From positions 488,547 to 552,546 of the forward strand of contig NMRA01000225.1 of NCBI GenBank assembly GCA_002633005.1: 64,000 bases of DNA, in the 5' to 3' direction. A program made the position numbers and the translations under genes. Position 1 is the stretch's first letter. The number at the start of each line of letters is the position of its first letter. Positions 60,001 through 64,000 of the stretch are shown here, piece by piece. The stretch comes from Phoronis australis. Taxonomy: Eukaryota; Animalia; Phoronida. The notes below the pieces were generated by a model. The model saw nothing but the letters and a program-made list of their open reading frames with translations. It ran no database searches and had not been told where the DNA came from.

Positions 60001-63000
60001 ATTAGACGCACACTTTTCTGATGAGTTTCTGAAGACACGGTCAATTTCACCCACAATCGACTGGTCAGAAAGCATGCATTCGCTGAGGATGTCTTCATAA
60101 AGCTTAGAGTTCCGTTCAGTTTCGCCAAACCACAATCGATCAATTACAGGCCCAAGAAATTGCCATATCTCATCGAGAATCTGTCCCTCTGACATCTTTT
60201 TCAAGAACAAAGTTACAGCCACACTGTCCTGATTAGCATCTAAGCAGCACATTAAGTAGAAACTCACAAACTTAGCCACACGATCAAAGGGGACATTGTT
60301 CCCAAGGGCAGTTGCAAGATTCATTATTGTGTCAAATAACGCCTTAGATTCTAGAGGATGCTCTTCGTCTCGGACACATTCAGCAAACTGGGACAAGATA
60401 TCTAGATCTCCCGGAATAAACGGAATTAATAGGTTGGTGGTCAAATCGCTCAGCACACGCAACACATGAAGTGTACTTGGATAACAGCTTATGTGGTTAG
60501 CCACAGATAGAACTCCGTTCGTCTTGTACTGCCAAGTAGCGACATTCCCGCACCGGCTTATCAGGTTGTGATACGGGAGTATACTTTTGCAGGCAGTATC
60601 TACGAAAGCATCTTCGGGCGCTAATTCGGTCGCATTGTCTGCTGATTCCGTCAAATCAGTTACTGGGACATTAGCTATGTCTTTGCACATAGAGGCTAAA
60701 CGAGCAATATTGAAAACTGTGTCTCTTCTAACCCAAAAGTTAGTGATGAATTGAACAGCGTGATTGATAGAACGACCCATTGCTTCCCTGTCGGAGACAT
60801 TTATTGACCATTTCAAAATGTGCATAAGTTCGTCATTGGATAAACGAGTGACTAAGTCGCTAGATTCGATAGCACAAAAATCTTCAATAAGTTCGGAAGT
60901 GTCGTTCTCAAAAAAACGACGAAGCTCAGGAAGGTTTTTAAGCATAACACGCTGATAGCCAGATTGCAGTTGGCGATAACACTCTGAAAAATCATCATTC
61001 TCTTCGATGTCTTCGTATTCTTGAAGAAATTGTTCTTCGTATTCCTTTAGTCGATCAACAAAGATTTTGATGAAGGGGATTGAGTAGGCTGATCGACTGC
61101 CCTCACAGGTGTAAAAGTCAATTTCATAGTATTTTGGCAAACTATCAATGCAAAAGATTTTGGGGTTTAGGAAAATCTCTGTCCAAAACTCTTCGTGAAT
61201 TTCAAAACTGTTCCAAGCTCCACACCTTTCCAACAGAAAGACGACCATTGCCAACGGTTCACGCACTATTCCTTGGATATAAGAAGTGACAGTCGTCATC
61301 AAGGGGAAAGAGTTGCAGAAATTATAGCCGTCAGAGGCCAGTTTCACACACCATGACTGCGGAGAGAAAGCCTCTTCCTGCTGTGCACTGTTGGTTGCTA
61401 TCCAGCGCAGTACGTATTCTGCTATGGCACTCGACATCGGCGAGAATTTCGCATCTCTTGTAATTCTCAAAATACACTGGCTGGTTCGAGGAACAGCAGT
61501 GTATCTAATGCGCGAGAACGCCCAAAGTAGACTTTCCTTAACATACTGTTCGACTTGAAATAATTGTCCATCTTCCAATGTGTCGGCTACAGACATTGTT
61601 AGAAGTGAGGGAATGGGAAGGCGTGGCTCATCAAGTGAGTCGATGTTAATCAGCTGCCAGGAGCTGAGGAAACCGAGTTCCCAGTTATCCGAATGGTTGT
61701 CCATGTGAACGATAATAACAACATGCTTTTTAATATCCGTTTTTTTCTCCTTGTATTCAGCCCTGTACTTGTCGATGAGACTTTTTGCCAGGGTCATGTG
61801 CTGACTATCAAGCAACGGCTTGCATTGCAAAACCAGTATCTCATCTTCTCCATTAGTCCAGAACTGTTTGACGCTGTCACTCAGGATCCTTTCTGATTGA
61901 AATGTGCTGAGAACAAGGCATTTAACATTGAACTTAACTGCGCTTTTGACATTGAATGTTAGTTCTGTTCTGCTGTAAATAACAGCCTTCAATCCCACGT
62001 TGTCCCTGACCAGCTTTGCATTAATTTCACTGTCCACATCGAATGCGTTCTCAAGAAAGTGGTTCAATCCTTTATGAATTGGGAGCTGGAAGTAACGACT
62101 TTGCCAAGCACGTGTTTCTGCCGCAGATTGTGCAGCTAGCTGAGAACGAGAAGCGCGGAGTACTCCATCTGGTGAGCAAATCCACATCAGTGCTTCTTTG
62201 CATTGTTTCAAAAGTTCGCCTTTTGCCTCAGGACTTAAGGCCGGTGTATCAGGCCATTTTGCTAATATTAGCGATGGCATCAGGTCATCCCAGTAGCCAC
62301 AAATCGCGCCTGAAATAGTGAACAATTCCATCATCTCGGGAATCGTGCACATGTCGCGAAGCCAGTCTTCCATTTCTTTGACAACGTCTCTTTGTTGAAG
62401 AGATAGCACATCTCTGAACGACAGGTTTTGTTTTTCAAACCTGTTTAAAAGTGGTGGGTCTGAATACGCAACTTTTGATTTATCAACAAGAATGATACAT
62501 TTGAATGTATCATGGACATAGCACAACGGATTGCTAAATGCTCCCAAAGCAATCCTGCAAGTTTTTCCAAAACTGTGAATGCTATAGCTTTGATTAAGCA
62601 TGTCGTAGAGACTTCCGTATATGCTTTCCAAGTCTTTGAGAACAAGTATGACTCCTTTCTCCATACATAAGATAATTTTGCTCAAAGTCCTATAATTGTA
62701 ATCTTCATTCAAATCTTCCTGGAACTGACTGCCAAAAATCACTTCGTACTCCCGATTTTGAGAAGCAATAAAATTTTCCAATAGAATAAAACCAGAAGCA
62801 CCATGCGTAATCAACATGAGATGTCGTGCTGCTTTGTCATTGATGTTCGCTTGCACAAGCTCCTTTACTGGTAAAAGTGCTTCGCACTTCTCCAGGGGAT
62901 CGATATGCCTAAGGAAGTGATTCACAACAACTGCTGTCTGTCCTTCTAAGCCACCAAAATTGCGAAGCAATCCCATTTTCCAGTGATTCATGTCTATGTC

Positions 63001-64000
63001 ACATGATTTAGTGCAAAGGTATTTGACGAGCGAGTAGTAGTCTCGGAGACCGTGAAAGTTGTCATGACTTTGTTTGTTTCGATATTCAACATATGCTTTC
63101 GACAAAGCCTCTAATGTTTGGCGCGGCAAACGGGGCAAAGTCGTTTGGTTTTCATCAGTTTCATCCACGGCAATAGACAGAGCTGTGTTAAACAGTTCTT
63201 CAGCGTCTGGCTCCGGCCTCGATAAGTGAATGGCTCTGTTCATTTTAGCAGCATCCAATGCCCAATTTGATATCCCCACCACAGCAATGTCCAATGGTCT
63301 GCCATCCTCGTTTTCCAAAAGGCTGTGTAACACCTTCAACGGATTCGAACTTGAAAGTTCAGCCAAGCCTATTTCGTCAATAAGTACTACAGGTAAAAAG
63401 TCATCGCCGCTATTGCTTTTTCTGTATCGTCTTGCCTTCTCAAAAACATTAATTATTCCTTCAGATGTTGATGACGTCGAACCTTGATATGACAGAACAA
63501 AAACCTGAGGCAAAGCTCTGAAAAGGGCATTTTGGGACTCTTGGCCACGGAGATTATTCTGTATCAGCTGAACAGACAGGGATTTGCTACATCCTGGCTT
63601 ACCAACCAGAAAAATTGGCAGTTTGTTCAAAATGCATACCAGAACGAGGAAAACGTTCTCACGCAGCGCCGTATTTTTAGCTGTGTTATTTGGTAGCACC
63701 ATTCGGCTCAATAAATCTTTCTGTTCTTCCTGTATGATATCTTCGAAAGCACCAGAGCTGTATTGATAGCCATTGTTAATCAGGCAAGTGGACATTTCTC
63801 TACAGTAATCCACACGGGCAATGGCTGTTGGAAGTCGTGACAGATAGCAATGTGCCAAAGACAAAAACACTGCTCGCATTATCGTGCTTTCATTTGTTTC
63901 ATAACTTCTGTTGTCAGCTTCACACTTTTTCTTCAGGAAGGTGTCCATAAACCAAACAACAAGACCCACACATCGCCTTACATTTCGCAAACTGACACAC
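57091..64000 (-). CDS. RNF213: RNF213/mysterin-like giant AAA+ ATPase, C-terminal half; the exon continues beyond the window
   Basis: 2302-aa ORF, open to the window edge. Walker A GKPGCSKS (63580-63603); Walker B VVLIDEIGLAE..NPLKVLH; SNWALDAAKMNRA, FHGLRDYYSLVK, LLRNFGG, IFGSQF.ED, SLYDMLNQ and PPLLNRFEKQ; C-terminal-domain-like blocks. Confidence 0.93.

Noticed and set aside
57327-63766. Numerous + strand ORFs opposite the RNF213-like exon
   Set aside because: Short antisense frames with no motifs or splice logic.
63988-63990. Start codon of the 2302-aa ORF
   Set aside because: It is a TTG in mid-domain; the frame stays open to the window edge (CVSLRNV), so the true start is upstream.

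Overview
Intron-rich, AT-rich animal genomic DNA, probably from an invertebrate and probably a heterozygous draft assembly; no prokaryotic features. It holds three host genes. (1) The 3' part (1730-30588, +; 13 exons joined in frame through GT-AG junctions) of a proline-rich actin-regulator gene, with RxGS-LPPPP repeats, two YxxM motifs, two WH2-like motifs and a C-terminal triple PxWK module resembling the espin/forked actin-bundling module. (2) A complete 9-exon, 325-aa annexin (35120-49867, +) with a CRE+TATA promoter and a decayed CR1/L2-type LINE in intron 3. (3) The 3' part of an RNF213 (mysterin)-like gene (-), with a single exon of at least 6.9 kb and an 84-nt terminal exon. This protein appears to lack both the RING and the catalytic loop of the RZ finger and ends in a polybasic tail. 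Its last intron contains nested DNA transposons, including a Kolobok-like element inserted into a hairpin. Three single-N-joined duplications look like assembly or haplotype artefacts. All family assignments come from motif recognition by eye; no database searches were run.
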